A stretch of 64,000 nt of DNA from Opitutaceae bacterium (GCA_051252375.1 JBPOFY010000001.1:288001-352000), one strand, 5' to 3'. Shown: positions 38,827-49,990, numbered from the stretch's first letter. Notes: generated by a model from the sequence alone, not told the origin. Numbers and translations: made by a program.

Positions 38827-39300
38827 ATGGCACTCGCAACTGGCACAAAAGCACCTGAATTTACACTTAAATCTAAGAACGCAGAGGGTCTTCAAGACGT
38901 CTCCTTGAGCGACACTCTTGGCAAGAAGAAGACTGTTCTTCTTTTCTTCCCACTCGCCTTCACTGGCGTCTGCATGAAAGAGATGTGCGACGTGAGCAAT
39001 AGCATCACCGCATACAACGATTTGAACGCTGCCGTGTATGGCATCTCGGTCGATAGCCCATTCGCTCAAGAAGAAATGGCAAAAGTCGATGGTCTCAAGT
39101 TCCCTCTTTTGAGCGACTTCAACAAAGAAGTCTCTGCCGCATACGACGTGCTCTACGCAGACCTTCTTGGCTTCAAAGGTGTCTCCAAGCGCTCTGCTTT
39201 TGTCATCGATGAGAACGGCGTTATCATCTACAGCGAATCTGCTGAAGATCCACACGACCTGCCTAACTTCGACGCAATTCAGGCCGCGCTTCAAGCGTAA
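38827..39300 (+). CDS. Peroxiredoxin (AhpC/TSA family)
   Basis: FFPLAFTGVCMKEMC, ISVDS, LLSDFN, RSAFVID. Confidence 0.92.
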   Translation: MALATGTKAPEFTLKSKNAEGLQDVSLSDTLGKKKTVLLFFPLAFTGVCMKEMCDVSNSITAYNDLNAAVYGISVDSPFAQEEMAKVDGLKFPLLSDFNKEVSAAYDVLYADLLGFKGVSKRSAFVIDENGVIIYSESAEDPHDLPNFDAIQAALQA

Positions 39301-39358
39301 GCCAAGATCGCGCAATACGGCTCGATGCCGTCGAGAGGCCTAACGGACTTTTTAAACA

Positions 39359-39393
39359 AAAAATAGCTCAGGAGAAATTCCTGAGCTATTTTT
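39359..39393. terminator. Bidirectional intrinsic terminator
   Basis: AAAAATAGCTCAGGA-N5-TCCTGAGCTATTTTT. Confidence 0.85.
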
Positions 39394-39416
39394 GTAAACT
39401 GATGAAAGCAAGATGC

Positions 39417-42185
39417 CTATCTGCTCATGACACTTGTAGGTGGTGCAAACTTAGTCAGGTTGATCCCTTCCACGGAGGCTTTATATTCATCCAGATTCGG
39501 AATGCGGCCTAAAATCGCAGAGAGCACGACGACTGGAGTGGATGCAAGGAGTGACTCGCCCTTCTTGCGCTCAGAATCTTCCACCACGCGTCCTTGGAAC
39601 AAGCGAGTTGAAGTGGCCATCACGGTATCACCCTTGGCGGCCTTTTCCTGATTGCCCATGCAAAGGTTACAACCAGGACGCTCGAGATACATCATGTTTT
39701 CGTATTCGGTACGTGACGCGCCTTTCGGAGCATTATCGTCGAATTCGAAACCAGAATACTTCTGCAACAGGTCCCAATCACCTTCAGCCTTGAGCTCATC
39801 GATGATGTTATAGGTCGGTGCCGCCACCACGAGTGGCGCATGAAACTCTACTTTGCCTTGCTGTGCTTCCAAGTTCTTGAGCATCTGAGAAACAATTTTT
39901 AAGTCCCCCTTGTGAACCATGCAGGAACCAACAAATCCAAGATCTACTGCCTTCTCTCCCTTATAGTAAGAGAGTTCACGAATCGTATCGTGCGTATAAC
40001 GCTTGGACGCTTCTTCATTGTTCACGTCCGGATCGGCGATCATCGGCTCAACGATTTCATCCAAATCTACAACGAACTCTGCATGGTATTTGGCATTCGA
40101 ATCCGGCATGAGTGCGGGCTTCTCACCTGAGCGGATTTCTTCAATGCGCCGATTGGCTTGATCGACTAAGCCCTGAAGGACCTGCGAATCATTATCCATG
40201 CCCTTGTTAATCATGATCTGGATACGGCTCTTCGCGATCTCCAGCGATTCGATCAAAGTCGCATCCTGAGAAATACAAATGGAGGCCTTCGCCTTCATTT
40301 CCGCAGTCCAGTCGGTAAAGGTAAACGCTTGGTCGGCAGGTAGAGTTCCGAGGTGGACTTCGATGACTCGACCTTGGAATACATTTTCGCCAAATTTCTT
40401 GAGCATTTGAATCTGTGTCGCATGCACGACATCGCGGAAATCCATATGGCTCTTCAAGTCGCCCTTGAAGGTGACTTTTACTGATGCTGGTATCGGCATA
40501 GTTGCTTCACCCGTCGCGAGCGCTAGAGCCACCGTGCCGGAGTCCGCTCCGAAAGCGACACCCTTGGACATACGTGTATGCGAATCGCCGCCAATAATGA
40601 TCGCCCACTCGTCCACGGTCAGATCATTCAAAACCTTGTGAATCACATCCGTCATCGCATGGTATACACCCTTCGGGTCACGCGCGGTGATCAGACCGAA
40701 CTTATGCATGAATGACATCAGTTTGGGGATGTTGGCCTGTGCCTTCTTATCCCAAACCGAGGCTGTATGGCAGCCTGATTGGTATGCCGCATCCACTGTC
40801 GGTGAAATGACAGTTGCAGCCATCGATTCCAATTCCTGCGCTGTCATGAGACCGGTCGTATCTTGCGAACCGACGATATTGACTTTAACGCGAACATCAG
40901 AGCCTGCATGCAAATCAGCGTCGATCATCTTTCCGACGACGTTCTTGTTAAAGATCTTCTCAACTGCTGTGAGCCCTTGTCCTTCGTGCGCAATCTCTTT
41001 TGCGGGTGCATAGACCAGCGGGATGGCGACACCTAGTGTTTGAGCAGCGAAGGTTTGGAGTTTTTTACCAAAAACAATCGCGTATGAACTGCCTGCCTTG
41101 ATGAACTCCAGTTTCTGGGGTGTCAGTGCCGAAGAGATATCAACCAGCTCTTGATCGCCGTTATACAACTTCTTGCGCTTCAAGTTAATCGTCAAAACGG
41201 TCCCCGTCGCGACCGAATAAGCCTGCTCAAGAACCGGATCTTCATTCTCGTCCAAGACTGGCTTACCATCAGCATCGAGTTTCTTAACCCAATTCTTCAA
41301 GTCGATTCCGATACCGCCGGTGACATCGACAGTCGTTAAAAAGATCGGGGAAATTCCATTCGTGCCAGCAACCACTGGTGCAATATTCACAAACGGGATA
41401 TAAGGGCTAGCTGGCTTGCCCGCCCAAAGCGCCACATTATTGACACCCGACATACGAGAAGAGCCCACACCCATGGTGCCCTTCTCCGCAATCAGCATTA
41501 CGCGCTTACCAGGATGTTGCAATTGAAGGCTTTGAATCTCCATCTGCGCCTGTTCAGAAATCAAGCACTTGCCGTGTAATTCACGGTCCGAGCGAGAGTG
41601 CGCCTGATTACCTGGAGAAAGTAAGTCGGTAGAAATGTCTCCTTCTGCGGCAATATAGGTGACGACCCCAACTTCTTCTTCAACTTCGGGAAGCTTTGTG
41701 AAGAACTCTGCCGCGGCGTAACTTTCCAAAATGCCTTTGGCGATTGCGTTGCCCGCCTTGAAAGCAGCCGAAAGACGGTCCATGTCCGCCTCATAGAGAA
41801 ACACCTGAGTCTTCAACACCTCGGCCGATTGTTCAGCAATCGAGGCATTCTCACCGAGCGCTAAGTCCAAAAGCACCTCGATCGAGGGACCACCTTTCAT
41901 GTGGGACAGCAATTCGAAGGCAAAAGTCGGCGTAATTTCTTCGACTACCGCCTCACCGAGAATGATCTCCTTTAAGAACGTAGCCTTTACGCCAGCAGCA
42001 CTTGTTGTCCCCGGTAAGGTGTTGTAAATAAAGAAGTTAAGGGAATCTTCTCTATGTTGGTTCTCGAGATCCTTAATTTGTTCAATTATCTCAACAATCA
42101 AGTCGCCATCATCAATTGGCTTAGGGCTTAAGCCCTGGCCTTTGCGCTCGTCGATCTCTTTAATGTAGTCTGTATATTTATTCAT
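39417..42185 (-). CDS. acnB: Aconitate hydratase B / 2-methylisocitrate dehydratase
   Basis: GVGSSR, GSQDTTG, QSGCHT, GGDSHTR, GSCM, PGCNLCMGNQ. Confidence 0.95.
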   Translation of the reverse strand: MNKYTDYIKEIDERKGQGLSPKPIDDGDLIVEIIEQIKDLENQHREDSLNFFIYNTLPGTTSAAGVKATFLKEIILGEAVVEEITPTFAFELLSHMKGGPSIEVLLDLALGENASIAEQSAEVLKTQVFLYEADMDRLSAAFKAGNAIAKGILESYAAAEFFTKLPEVEEEVGVVTYIAAEGDISTDLLSPGNQAHSRSDRELHGKCLISEQAQMEIQSLQLQHPGKRVMLIAEKGTMGVGSSRMSGVNNVALWAGKPASPYIPFVNIAPVVAGTNGISPIFLTTVDVTGGIGIDLKNWVKKLDADGKPVLDENEDPVLEQAYSVATGTVLTINLKRKKLYNGDQELVDISSALTPQKLEFIKAGSSYAIVFGKKLQTFAAQTLGVAIPLVYAPAKEIAHEGQGLTAVEKIFNKNVVGKMIDADLHAGSDVRVKVNIVGSQDTTGLMTAQELESMAATVISPTVDAAYQSGCHTASVWDKKAQANIPKLMSFMHKFGLITARDPKGVYHAMTDVIHKVLNDLTVDEWAIIIGGDSHTRMSKGVAFGADSGTVALALATGEATMPIPASVKVTFKGDLKSHMDFRDVVHATQIQMLKKFGENVFQGRVIEVHLGTLPADQAFTFTDWTAEMKAKASICISQDATLIESLEIAKSRIQIMINKGMDNDSQVLQGLVDQANRRIEEIRSGEKPALMPDSNAKYHAEFVVDLDEIVEPMIADPDVNNEEASKRYTHDTIRELSYYKGEKAVDLGFVGSCMVHKGDLKIVSQMLKNLEAQQGKVEFHAPLVVAAPTYNIIDELKAEGDWDLLQKYSGFEFDDNAPKGASRTEYENMMYLERPGCNLCMGNQEKAAKGDTVMATSTRLFQGRVVEDSERKKGESLLASTPVVVLSAILGRIPNLDEYKASVEGINLTKFAPPTSVMSR

Positions 42186-42360
42186 GGTCAGCAATCACAC
42201 CAAGGTCTGCTCAAGCCTAATTATTTCAAGAAGATTTTGCGAATTGTTGCATCCAATCGATTGATTGTTGATTATTCGCGTCGCAGTACTAGCTTGCTTA
42301 ACCCTGCTTCTTGGCATTATTTTTTACAACTTTCCTCCCTTTACCATTACCACGCTCTAA

Positions 42361-42867
42361 ATGAGTGACCCTCAACAGCCAACCTTTCTAGTCAGTGCTT
42401 ATTCTGAACCCATCGTGGTCCAGATAAACGGCAAGGCCAACTACCTGAACTGCAATAACTTTCGCGAGTTTATTGAAAAGATGTTGGCTGATGGGAGCAC
42501 GCAATTTGTTCTCGATTTCACCAACTGCAAGGGCATGGACAGCACCTTCTTGGGTATTCTGGCTGGCACTGCTTTGGAGCTGAAAAAACTCACGCCTCCG
42601 GGGGTGTTCATCGTTTGCAATCTAGGAGAGCGTAATCACGAGCTCATCTGCAACCTCGGACTGCAAAATCTGCTCACGATTGGAGACGATTTGCCAAAAA
42701 CAGATGATACCGATTTTTCCGAACTGAAAAACGCGGAAGTCTCTGATGCGAGAACTGTGCTTCACGCCCATGAGAATTTGGTCAAAGCCGATGATGAGAA
42801 CGTCGCGAAATTCCAAGATGTTATCGCTTTTCTACGCAACCAAGTGGAACAACCGGACAAAAAGTAA
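42361..42867 (+). CDS. STAS-domain anti-sigma-factor antagonist
   Basis: LDFTNCKGMDSTFLG. Confidence 0.9.
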   Translation: MSDPQQPTFLVSAYSEPIVVQINGKANYLNCNNFREFIEKMLADGSTQFVLDFTNCKGMDSTFLGILAGTALELKKLTPPGVFIVCNLGERNHELICNLGLQNLLTIGDDLPKTDDTDFSELKNAEVSDARTVLHAHENLVKADDENVAKFQDVIAFLRNQVEQPDKK

Positions 42868-42930
42868 ATCGCCCGCCGCACTTGAACTCGGCTCGGTTTA
42901 TGACACTTCCACGCCTCGCCAATTTCAATC

Positions 42931-44367
42931 ATGATGCTATTTACCATAGGAGTCCTCGCGGGGCTGTTCGGCATGTGGTTGCTCTATGCTAAAAAACGGC
43001 GGCAGCTCAAAATCCTCGACGAAGAAAAGCAACTCCTCCAGCAGGAGAAACAAATCGTCGTTGAATTCATGCACAACATGGTCGAAGCGGTGGCGCAAAG
43101 CCCCGAGCGAGAAACCATGTTTCAACGCATCATCCATGCTGCGATTCTCAGTACTGGCGCCGTCAGTGCCTGTATCTTTGAAAAACGCGACGACGACACA
43201 CTCAAAGGAATCGCAGTCGAAGGGCTTTTTCCTCCTCAGCGTAAGCTTTCTGAAGACCCGGCAGAAGTTGCTCAAAGCCGAGCTCACTACCTAGAGAAAA
43301 TTCTAAAATCCGAGTCCTTCAAAATGGGTGAAGGGCTGATCGGACAAGTAGCCAAATCCTGCCGGGCACTCCTCATTCCGGATGCCGCCAACGACCCACG
43401 CGTGGTGCAACACAATGACCCATCGCTGCTAATTCGCTCCATCATCGTTGCCCCCGTCCTCTTTAAGGGCGAGCTCATGGCCGTTCTCGCGGTGGCCAAC
43501 CCAGCAGACGGGCTAGCCTTTACTGACACCGATTTTTCACTCGTCGAATCACTCGCCGAACAAGTCGGTCTAGCGGTGCACAATAGCGAAGCGATGCTGC
43601 TACAAATTGAGAAGAATAAAATCGATCTCGATATCGAACTCGCCAGCAACACCCAAAGACTGCTCCTACCCAAAGCCTTCCCGCCCTCCGATTCGATCTC
43701 CTTCGCCACACATTACACCGCAGCGCAAAAAGTCGGCGGGGACCTTTACGATATCTTCTCTCTAGATGATCAAACCATCGCTTTTGCGATCGCCGACGTT
43801 TCTGGGAAAGGCGTCTCTGCTTCGATTTTAATGGCTATTTGCCAAACGCACCTGCGGCACTACGCCAAACAATATCGTTCACCGTCAGAAGTGCTCGGCG
43901 CGATCAACGCAGCCATGCAGCCGACCATGCAACGCGACATGTTTATCACCATGGTCTATGCAACCATCGATCTGAAAACAGAAACACTCACTCTAGCCCG
44001 CGCTGGTCACGAACTCCCCTTTTTCTACGATCAACACAGTGATGGCTCACTCGATGTTGGTCCCATCCAATCACCCGGTATGCCAGTCGGCATGGTGCCC
44101 CCCGATGTATTTGACTCGGTCATTAAGGACACGCACTTCCACTTCGACAACGAAGACGCCCTGCTACTTTACACCGATGGCGTCACAGAAATGGTCAACC
44201 CCGAGGGCGAAGAATACTCCGGAGAACGACTGCTTCGTATCTTGACTTCACACGGCAAAGAAAGCGCCCAAGTCATCCTCGATCAAACCTTGGATAGCAT
44301 CCACCGCTTCGCCGCCGGTGCCGGACAACCCGACGACCTCACGATGATCGTGATTAAGCATTCGTAG
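42931..44367 (+). CDS. GAF + SpoIIE (PP2C) phosphatase, RsbU-like
   Basis: GEGLIG, VGGDLYD, IADVSGKG, RAGH, YTDGVTE, DDLT. Confidence 0.92.
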   Translation: MMLFTIGVLAGLFGMWLLYAKKRRQLKILDEEKQLLQQEKQIVVEFMHNMVEAVAQSPERETMFQRIIHAAILSTGAVSACIFEKRDDDTLKGIAVEGLFPPQRKLSEDPAEVAQSRAHYLEKILKSESFKMGEGLIGQVAKSCRALLIPDAANDPRVVQHNDPSLLIRSIIVAPVLFKGELMAVLAVANPADGLAFTDTDFSLVESLAEQVGLAVHNSEAMLLQIEKNKIDLDIELASNTQRLLLPKAFPPSDSISFATHYTAAQKVGGDLYDIFSLDDQTIAFAIADVSGKGVSASILMAICQTHLRHYAKQYRSPSEVLGAINAAMQPTMQRDMFITMVYATIDLKTETLTLARAGHELPFFYDQHSDGSLDVGPIQSPGMPVGMVPPDVFDSVIKDTHFHFDNEDALLLYTDGVTEMVNPEGEEYSGERLLRILTSHGKESAQVILDQTLDSIHRFAAGAGQPDDLTMIVIKHS

Positions 44368-44406
44368 GATTGAAAGAGGATTAGCGACTATCGGGGCAGG
44401 AAAAAA

Positions 44407-44501
44407 GGTAGCGGCGATGGTCCCCATCGCCACACGTCTGAGCCGCTCAACTGATTTGGACCGAAACACATGCAATGGCGGTCGGGACGACCGCCGCTAC
44501 C
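44407..44501. repeat. REPIN, GTAG(C/A)GGCG family
   Basis: GGTAGCGGCGATGGTCCCCATCGCC...GGCGGTCGGGACGACCGCCGCTACC; inverted homolog at 52654-52763. Confidence 0.88.
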
Positions 44502-44582
44502 TTTTAGGATAATGACACTCTTAAAGTAGTGCCATTCGACATTTCTGTCCGTCACCAGCCTGCTTGAATGCCCTTCCTTCTC

Positions 44583-47321
44583 TTACAGAGACTCTAAGAT
44601 ACGCTTCGTTTCGTCGCGCTTCTCGGTCGTCTCAGCTAGCTGCTTGCGTGCACCTTCGACTACTTTCTCGGGGGCGCTGTCGACGAATTTTGGATTCTTC
44701 AACTTGCCTTCACCTACGGCGACGAGCTTGTTGAGCTTTTCCAACTCTTTCGTGAGGCGCGCCTTTTCGGCTTCAACATCGATGCTGCTGCTGAGGTCCA
44801 AGTAAAGAGAACCAAGTGGTGTAACCACCGCCGGTAATCCATCGCCGGATTGATCGCCCAATGCGTCTAAGGAACCAAAGCCAGCTAATGTTTTTACTAA
44901 GCCAGCGTTGTCTGCGATGACTTTCGCGGCATCGCCTTCGGCACCGTAGAAGACTGCGACGTCGCGCTTGTTGGCTAAGTTATACTGCGCCTTGAGCGCA
45001 CGGCCTTGAGAGATGAATTCCTGTAAATTGATCACACGCTCGACGGCGCTCTTATCCGCGGGCACTTGCTCGGCCAATGACGCAGCGCTGGTCAATTTCG
45101 TGTTCTGAATGTAAACAACCGATGCGTCATAACCGAGCCCCTTCCAGAGCTCTTCGGTGATGTGCGGCATGACTGGATTCGCGAGCTGAAGAACTTGACG
45201 AATGACCAGGTCCTGAATTGCGAGACAGTTGTCGCGCAGAGCTTCGTCGCCTTTGAGTTTGCCCTTAGATGCCTCCACATACCAATCGCAGAAATCGCCC
45301 CAGAAGAAGGCGTAGATCTGGTGTGTGAGTGGTGCGATCTCGTAGTTCGCAAAGCACTTTTCCATATCGGCAGTGACTTGAGTCAAGCGACCGACGATCC
45401 AATGGTCGTAGTCGTCAAACAGACTTGGATCAATACGGCTAACGATCGCTTCTAGGCTAGAATTGTCTGCCATAGGGCCAGACATTTGACGGAAGCGAAC
45501 AGCATTCCAGAGCTTGTTGCAGAAGTTGCGTCCGATTTGGATGCGCTCTTCCGAGAAGAGAATGTCCGAACCGGAAGGCGCGATGTTACAAACACCAAAA
45601 CGTAGGCCGTCGGCACCATATTTCTCAATCAAGTCGAGCGGATCAGGTGAGTTGCCGAGCGACTTAGACATCTTGCGGCCCTTCTCGTCGCGAATCAGCC
45701 CGTGAATAACGATATTTTTAAACGGAATGCGCTTCGCAATTTCTTCGTCGGAAAGGTCTTTGGAATCATCACCGTAGAGCTCCAAGCCGGCCATGATCAT
45801 ACGGGCGACCCAGAAGAAAATTATGTCGAACCCAGTGACCAAGGTAGAAGTCGGATACCAAAAGTCTTGCTCTTTCTGTTGCTCGGGATCGGCTTCGGGC
45901 CAACCAAGGTTTGCCATAGGCCAGAGGTAAGACGATGCCCATGTATCGAGCACGTCATCTTCTTGCTCCCAGTTTTCTGGATCACTTGGTCCTTCAACAG
46001 AAACATGCACGTGCTCTGGATTTTCAAAATCGAGCTCGGTGCGATCTGCGCCCTTCTTATACCAAACTGGGATACGGTGACCCCACCAAAGCTGGCGACT
46101 GATGCACCAGTCTTGAATGCCATTTAGCCAGTGGAGGTAAGTCTTCTTCCAGCGGTCAGGATGAAATTTAATCGTGCCGTTCTCAACCGCACGCTTCGCC
46201 TCTTCAACCTTAGGGTATTTGAGGAACCATTGCTCGGATAAGCGTGGCTCGATTGGCACATCGCCACGCTCGGAGAAGCCAACAGTGTTTTCGTAAGGCT
46301 CGCGCTCGATGAGCAAGCCCATGTCTTCGAGTTTTTGTGCCGCAACTTTACGCGCCTTAAAGCGGTCCATTCCGTCGAACTCTTCGCCCGCAAGCGCGTT
46401 GAGCTTACCTTCAGAGTCAATCACTTCGATCATCTCGAGGTTGTGACGCTGACCAATTTCGAAGTCATTTTTATCGTGCGCAGGTGTTACCTTGAGGCAA
46501 CCAGTGCCGAACTCAATATCCACATACTCATCACCGATGATTGGAATTTCGGCCTTCGGGAACGGACGCCAGACTGTCTTACCGATCAGGTGCTTGTAGC
46601 GCTCATCTTCTGGGTGCACCGCAACCGCGCTATCGCCCATCAGTGTTTCAGGGCGCGTCGTAGATATTTCTAGATGCGTGCGCTCGCCATCGGCTTCGAC
46701 CAGCTCGTAACGCATCTTATAGAAGAAGCCATTTTGAGGCTTCATATTCACTTCTTCATCAGAAAGTGCTGTGTGCGTCGCAGGGCACCAGTTGACCATG
46801 CGTTTGCCGCGGTAGATGTAACCGCGCTTATAGAAAGAAACAAATGCGGTCAGCACCGCCTTCGAGTAGTCTTCGTCCAGCGTGAAACTTGTGCGATCCC
46901 AGTCACAGGAAGCGCCGAGCTTTTGCAGCTGGTTTAAAATCACGCCACCAGACTCTTTACGGAAGTCCTGAATTTTCTCTACAAATGCCTCACGTCCAAG
47001 GTCGTATTTGCTCTGACCGGTCTCGGCGCGGACAATCTTCTCCACTTTAGTCTGTGTGGCGATGCCGGCGTGGTCCGTGCCTGGCTGCCAGAGCACTGCC
47101 TTGCCCTCGAGACGCGCACGGCGAATGAAGATATCCTGCAAAGTGTTATCAAGGACGTGCCCCATGTGCAGCATACCTGTCACATTGGGTGGCGGGATCA
47201 TGATCGCATAAGGTTCCTTGGCAGGATCTGCGACAGCTTTGAAGCATCCAGCTTCAAGCCAGTTTGCATACCAGCGTTGTTCGACTTCTTTGGGTTCGTA
47301 GGCTTTTGCGATTTCAGACAT
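44583..47321 (-). CDS. valS: Valine--tRNA ligase
   Basis: PPPNVTGMLHMGH, DWCISRQLWWGH, KMSKS. Confidence 0.98.
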   Translation of the reverse strand: MSEIAKAYEPKEVEQRWYANWLEAGCFKAVADPAKEPYAIMIPPPNVTGMLHMGHVLDNTLQDIFIRRARLEGKAVLWQPGTDHAGIATQTKVEKIVRAETGQSKYDLGREAFVEKIQDFRKESGGVILNQLQKLGASCDWDRTSFTLDEDYSKAVLTAFVSFYKRGYIYRGKRMVNWCPATHTALSDEEVNMKPQNGFFYKMRYELVEADGERTHLEISTTRPETLMGDSAVAVHPEDERYKHLIGKTVWRPFPKAEIPIIGDEYVDIEFGTGCLKVTPAHDKNDFEIGQRHNLEMIEVIDSEGKLNALAGEEFDGMDRFKARKVAAQKLEDMGLLIEREPYENTVGFSERGDVPIEPRLSEQWFLKYPKVEEAKRAVENGTIKFHPDRWKKTYLHWLNGIQDWCISRQLWWGHRIPVWYKKGADRTELDFENPEHVHVSVEGPSDPENWEQEDDVLDTWASSYLWPMANLGWPEADPEQQKEQDFWYPTSTLVTGFDIIFFWVARMIMAGLELYGDDSKDLSDEEIAKRIPFKNIVIHGLIRDEKGRKMSKSLGNSPDPLDLIEKYGADGLRFGVCNIAPSGSDILFSEERIQIGRNFCNKLWNAVRFRQMSGPMADNSSLEAIVSRIDPSLFDDYDHWIVGRLTQVTADMEKCFANYEIAPLTHQIYAFFWGDFCDWYVEASKGKLKGDEALRDNCLAIQDLVIRQVLQLANPVMPHITEELWKGLGYDASVVYIQNTKLTSAASLAEQVPADKSAVERVINLQEFISQGRALKAQYNLANKRDVAVFYGAEGDAAKVIADNAGLVKTLAGFGSLDALGDQSGDGLPAVVTPLGSLYLDLSSSIDVEAEKARLTKELEKLNKLVAVGEGKLKNPKFVDSAPEKVVEGARKQLAETTEKRDETKRILESL

Positions 47322-47450
47322 AGCGGGAAAATTGGAAAAGGTGCCTAAACTGTGCCCATACGCGCGGCTTTCAAGCTAGAAAGCGGTGATGAATCATCCT
47401 AGTTGCTGCATATAGCTGTAATGTGAACTCAGCTTTGACGATAGGTGTTC

Positions 47451-48200
47451 ATGGATCATTCAAAACTATTCGTTATCGGAGGCGTCACTGGCGGCATCGG
47501 CTCGGCACTAGCGCGCCGTCTGATCAAAGACGGGCACAGAGTCGCTGGGTTTGCCCGCGACGAAGCTCGGCTCAATGCACTCAGCAGCGAAATAGCACTC
47601 TCCACTGCATGCTGTAATATAAGTAGTGCCTCCGTCATCGAAGAACAACTGACCGAGTTTGTCGAAACCCTTGGTCCGATTGATGGCTACATCCACGCCA
47701 TTGGTTCTATTCTACTCAAGCCCGCCCACCTGACTAGCGAGGAAGCATGGTTGGAAACGCTACACACGAATCTGAGCTCTGCCTTTTACGGTTTACGCGC
47801 GGCGACAAAGCTCATGATGAAGCAAGGGCACGGCACTTGCCTCTTCTTCAGCACGGCTGCCGCACAAACGGGACTGGCCAATCACGAGGCCATTGCCGCA
47901 GCCAAAGGCGGCATCGAAGCCATGGTCCGTTCGGCCGCAGCGACCTACAGCAACCGGGGGCTCCGGATCAACGCCATCGCACCAAGTCTTACCGATACAC
48001 CACTTGCCAAGCCGATCATTGGCAGCGAACAAGCTCTGGAATTTTCCAAGAAAATGCATCCGCTCGGAGAAATTGGCGACGCCGACCACGTAGCGAGCCT
48101 CGCTCAGTGGCTACTCTCCGAGGAAGCGCGGTTCGTCACGGGGCAAACCTTTGTCATCGACGGCGGCTTATCCTCCATAGTGCCCAAACCTAAAGCATGA
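47451..48200 (+). CDS. Short-chain dehydrogenase/reductase
   Basis: GGVTGGIG, IAAAKGG, RINAIAP, VTGQ...DGG. Confidence 0.9.
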   Translation: MDHSKLFVIGGVTGGIGSALARRLIKDGHRVAGFARDEARLNALSSEIALSTACCNISSASVIEEQLTEFVETLGPIDGYIHAIGSILLKPAHLTSEEAWLETLHTNLSSAFYGLRAATKLMMKQGHGTCLFFSTAAAQTGLANHEAIAAAKGGIEAMVRSAAATYSNRGLRINAIAPSLTDTPLAKPIIGSEQALEFSKKMHPLGEIGDADHVASLAQWLLSEEARFVTGQTFVIDGGLSSIVPKPKA

Positions 48201-48745
48201 ACACCACTTCTTCACTTTTTAATAGGAAGTCATGGCAACTCCTCGTGCTCGCCTTAGTGGTCAGTGCAATCCCACTACCAGCGACCACACAGACGACAGA
48301 CTGGGAACCGATGGGCGACTACCGCTACGTCTACCGCATGTTCTTCAAGCTCTATGACGCCACTCTGTATGCCACACCCGGCGCGAGCGCAGACCAAGTA
48401 ATCGATGCAGATACCAACTTTAAGCTTCAATTTGAATACTTAAGAAGCATTGAGAAAGCTATTATACTCCAGTCAGCAGAGACTATCCTCGAAAAAAACC
48501 TGACCAATGCGGAACTGGATTCAATCAAATCAAAAGTAGCACGTCTCAACGTCGCCTACACATCTGTCGACAAAGGAGATCGCTCAGCATTGCGCTATGA
48601 GAGCGACATTGGCACCACCCTATCGATCAACGGGCAAGATATTCTCACCATCGAGGGACAGGAATTCGCGCGGCTCTACTTCAAAATCTGGCTTGGCGAA
48701 AATCCAATTTCTTCCTCGATGAAATCGAACTTATTGGGACTTTAA
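48197..48745 (+). CDS. Chalcone-isomerase-like exported protein
   Basis: FKLYDATLY, LQFEYLR, YTSVDKGD, FARLYFKIWLG. Confidence 0.8.
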   Translation: MNTTSSLFNRKSWQLLVLALVVSAIPLPATTQTTDWEPMGDYRYVYRMFFKLYDATLYATPGASADQVIDADTNFKLQFEYLRSIEKAIILQSAETILEKNLTNAELDSIKSKVARLNVAYTSVDKGDRSALRYESDIGTTLSINGQDILTIEGQEFARLYFKIWLGENPISSSMKSNLLGL

Positions 48746-48871
48746 TGCCAATCAACTTCACGACATATTAAACACGACATTATATTCGCAATTACCAATT
48801 CACGTATTGCAGATTAACACTTGCATTCCAAATATACCACGGGCATAACAGCGCTTTTCCAATACGCGATT

Positions 48872-49978
48872 ATGGCTACACCCAAAAAGAAATCCGCAAG
48901 CACTACCAAAAAAGCAACTGCCAAGATTACAGATTTTGCAGCTGCTCCGATTAATAAATCGCTGAGCAAGGAAGAGAAGATCGACCTTTACCGCACGATT
49001 ATCGGAATCCGTCGATTCGAAGAGCGCTCACTGCGCGCCTACAATCAAGGAAAGATTGGTGGCTTCCTACACCTTTACATCGGCCAAGAAGCGGTCGCCA
49101 GCGGGATCGTCTCCCTGATGGGCGAAAACGACCACATCATCACCGCCTACCGCGACCACGGGCACGCCCTCGCAGTTGGCATGTCGATGAATGAGTGTAT
49201 GGCCGAAATGTTCGGCAAGCACACCGGTTGCTCCAAGGGTAAAGGCGGTTCGATGCACTTTTTCGCTCCAGATAAGAACTACTGGGGTGGTCACGGCATT
49301 GTTGCCGGTCAAACACCACTCGGTGCCGGCCTCGCATTCGCTCTTAAGTATAAAGGGCTAAAAGGCTGTGCCGTCTGCTTCCTCGGTGATGGCGCCGTCA
49401 ATCAAGGCTCCTTCATGGAGACCCTCAATCTCGTTTCCCTTTGGGGCATCCCCGTAGTCTTCGTCATTGAGAACAATGGCTACTCGATGGGCACCAGCCT
49501 CAAACGCTCCTCCGCTAAAGAAAACCTCGCACACCGTGCGGATGGATTCGATATGGCTTGGGAAGTTTGCAACGGTCACGACGTCTTTGAAGTCCGCGAA
49601 GTCGCCAACCGCGCGATGACTCGCGCCCGCGAAGAGCTCAAACCCTTCCTCCTCGAAATCCAAACATATCGCTACCGCGGACACTCCGTCGCTGACGCGA
49701 ACCACGAGAAGTATCGCACAAAGGAGGAGATCGAAGAATACAAGCGCACAAAAGATCCCGTAAACGTGATCAAACAGCAGCTCCTAGACGATGGCACCCT
49801 AACCGAAGCCAGCGCTAAGAAAATCGACCAAGAGAAAAAGGACGAAGCTGAAGCCTCCGCCAAGTTCGCAGAAGAAAGCCCGGTCGCTCCACGCAGTGAA
49901 ATCCAAACCGATGTTTATTGGGAATACGACAACGACACAGAAGGGAAGCTCAAGGGCACCTACTTCTTCAACGACTAG
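48872..49978 (+). CDS. pdhA: Pyruvate dehydrogenase E1 alpha
   Basis: GFLHLYIGQEA, GKGGSMH, GDGAVNQG, TYRYRGHS. Confidence 0.96.
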   Translation: MATPKKKSASTTKKATAKITDFAAAPINKSLSKEEKIDLYRTIIGIRRFEERSLRAYNQGKIGGFLHLYIGQEAVASGIVSLMGENDHIITAYRDHGHALAVGMSMNECMAEMFGKHTGCSKGKGGSMHFFAPDKNYWGGHGIVAGQTPLGAGLAFALKYKGLKGCAVCFLGDGAVNQGSFMETLNLVSLWGIPVVFVIENNGYSMGTSLKRSSAKENLAHRADGFDMAWEVCNGHDVFEVREVANRAMTRAREELKPFLLEIQTYRYRGHSVADANHEKYRTKEEIEEYKRTKDPVNVIKQQLLDDGTLTEASAKKIDQEKKDEAEASAKFAEESPVAPRSEIQTDVYWEYDNDTEGKLKGTYFFND

Positions 49979-49990
49979 AAATCATAATAG

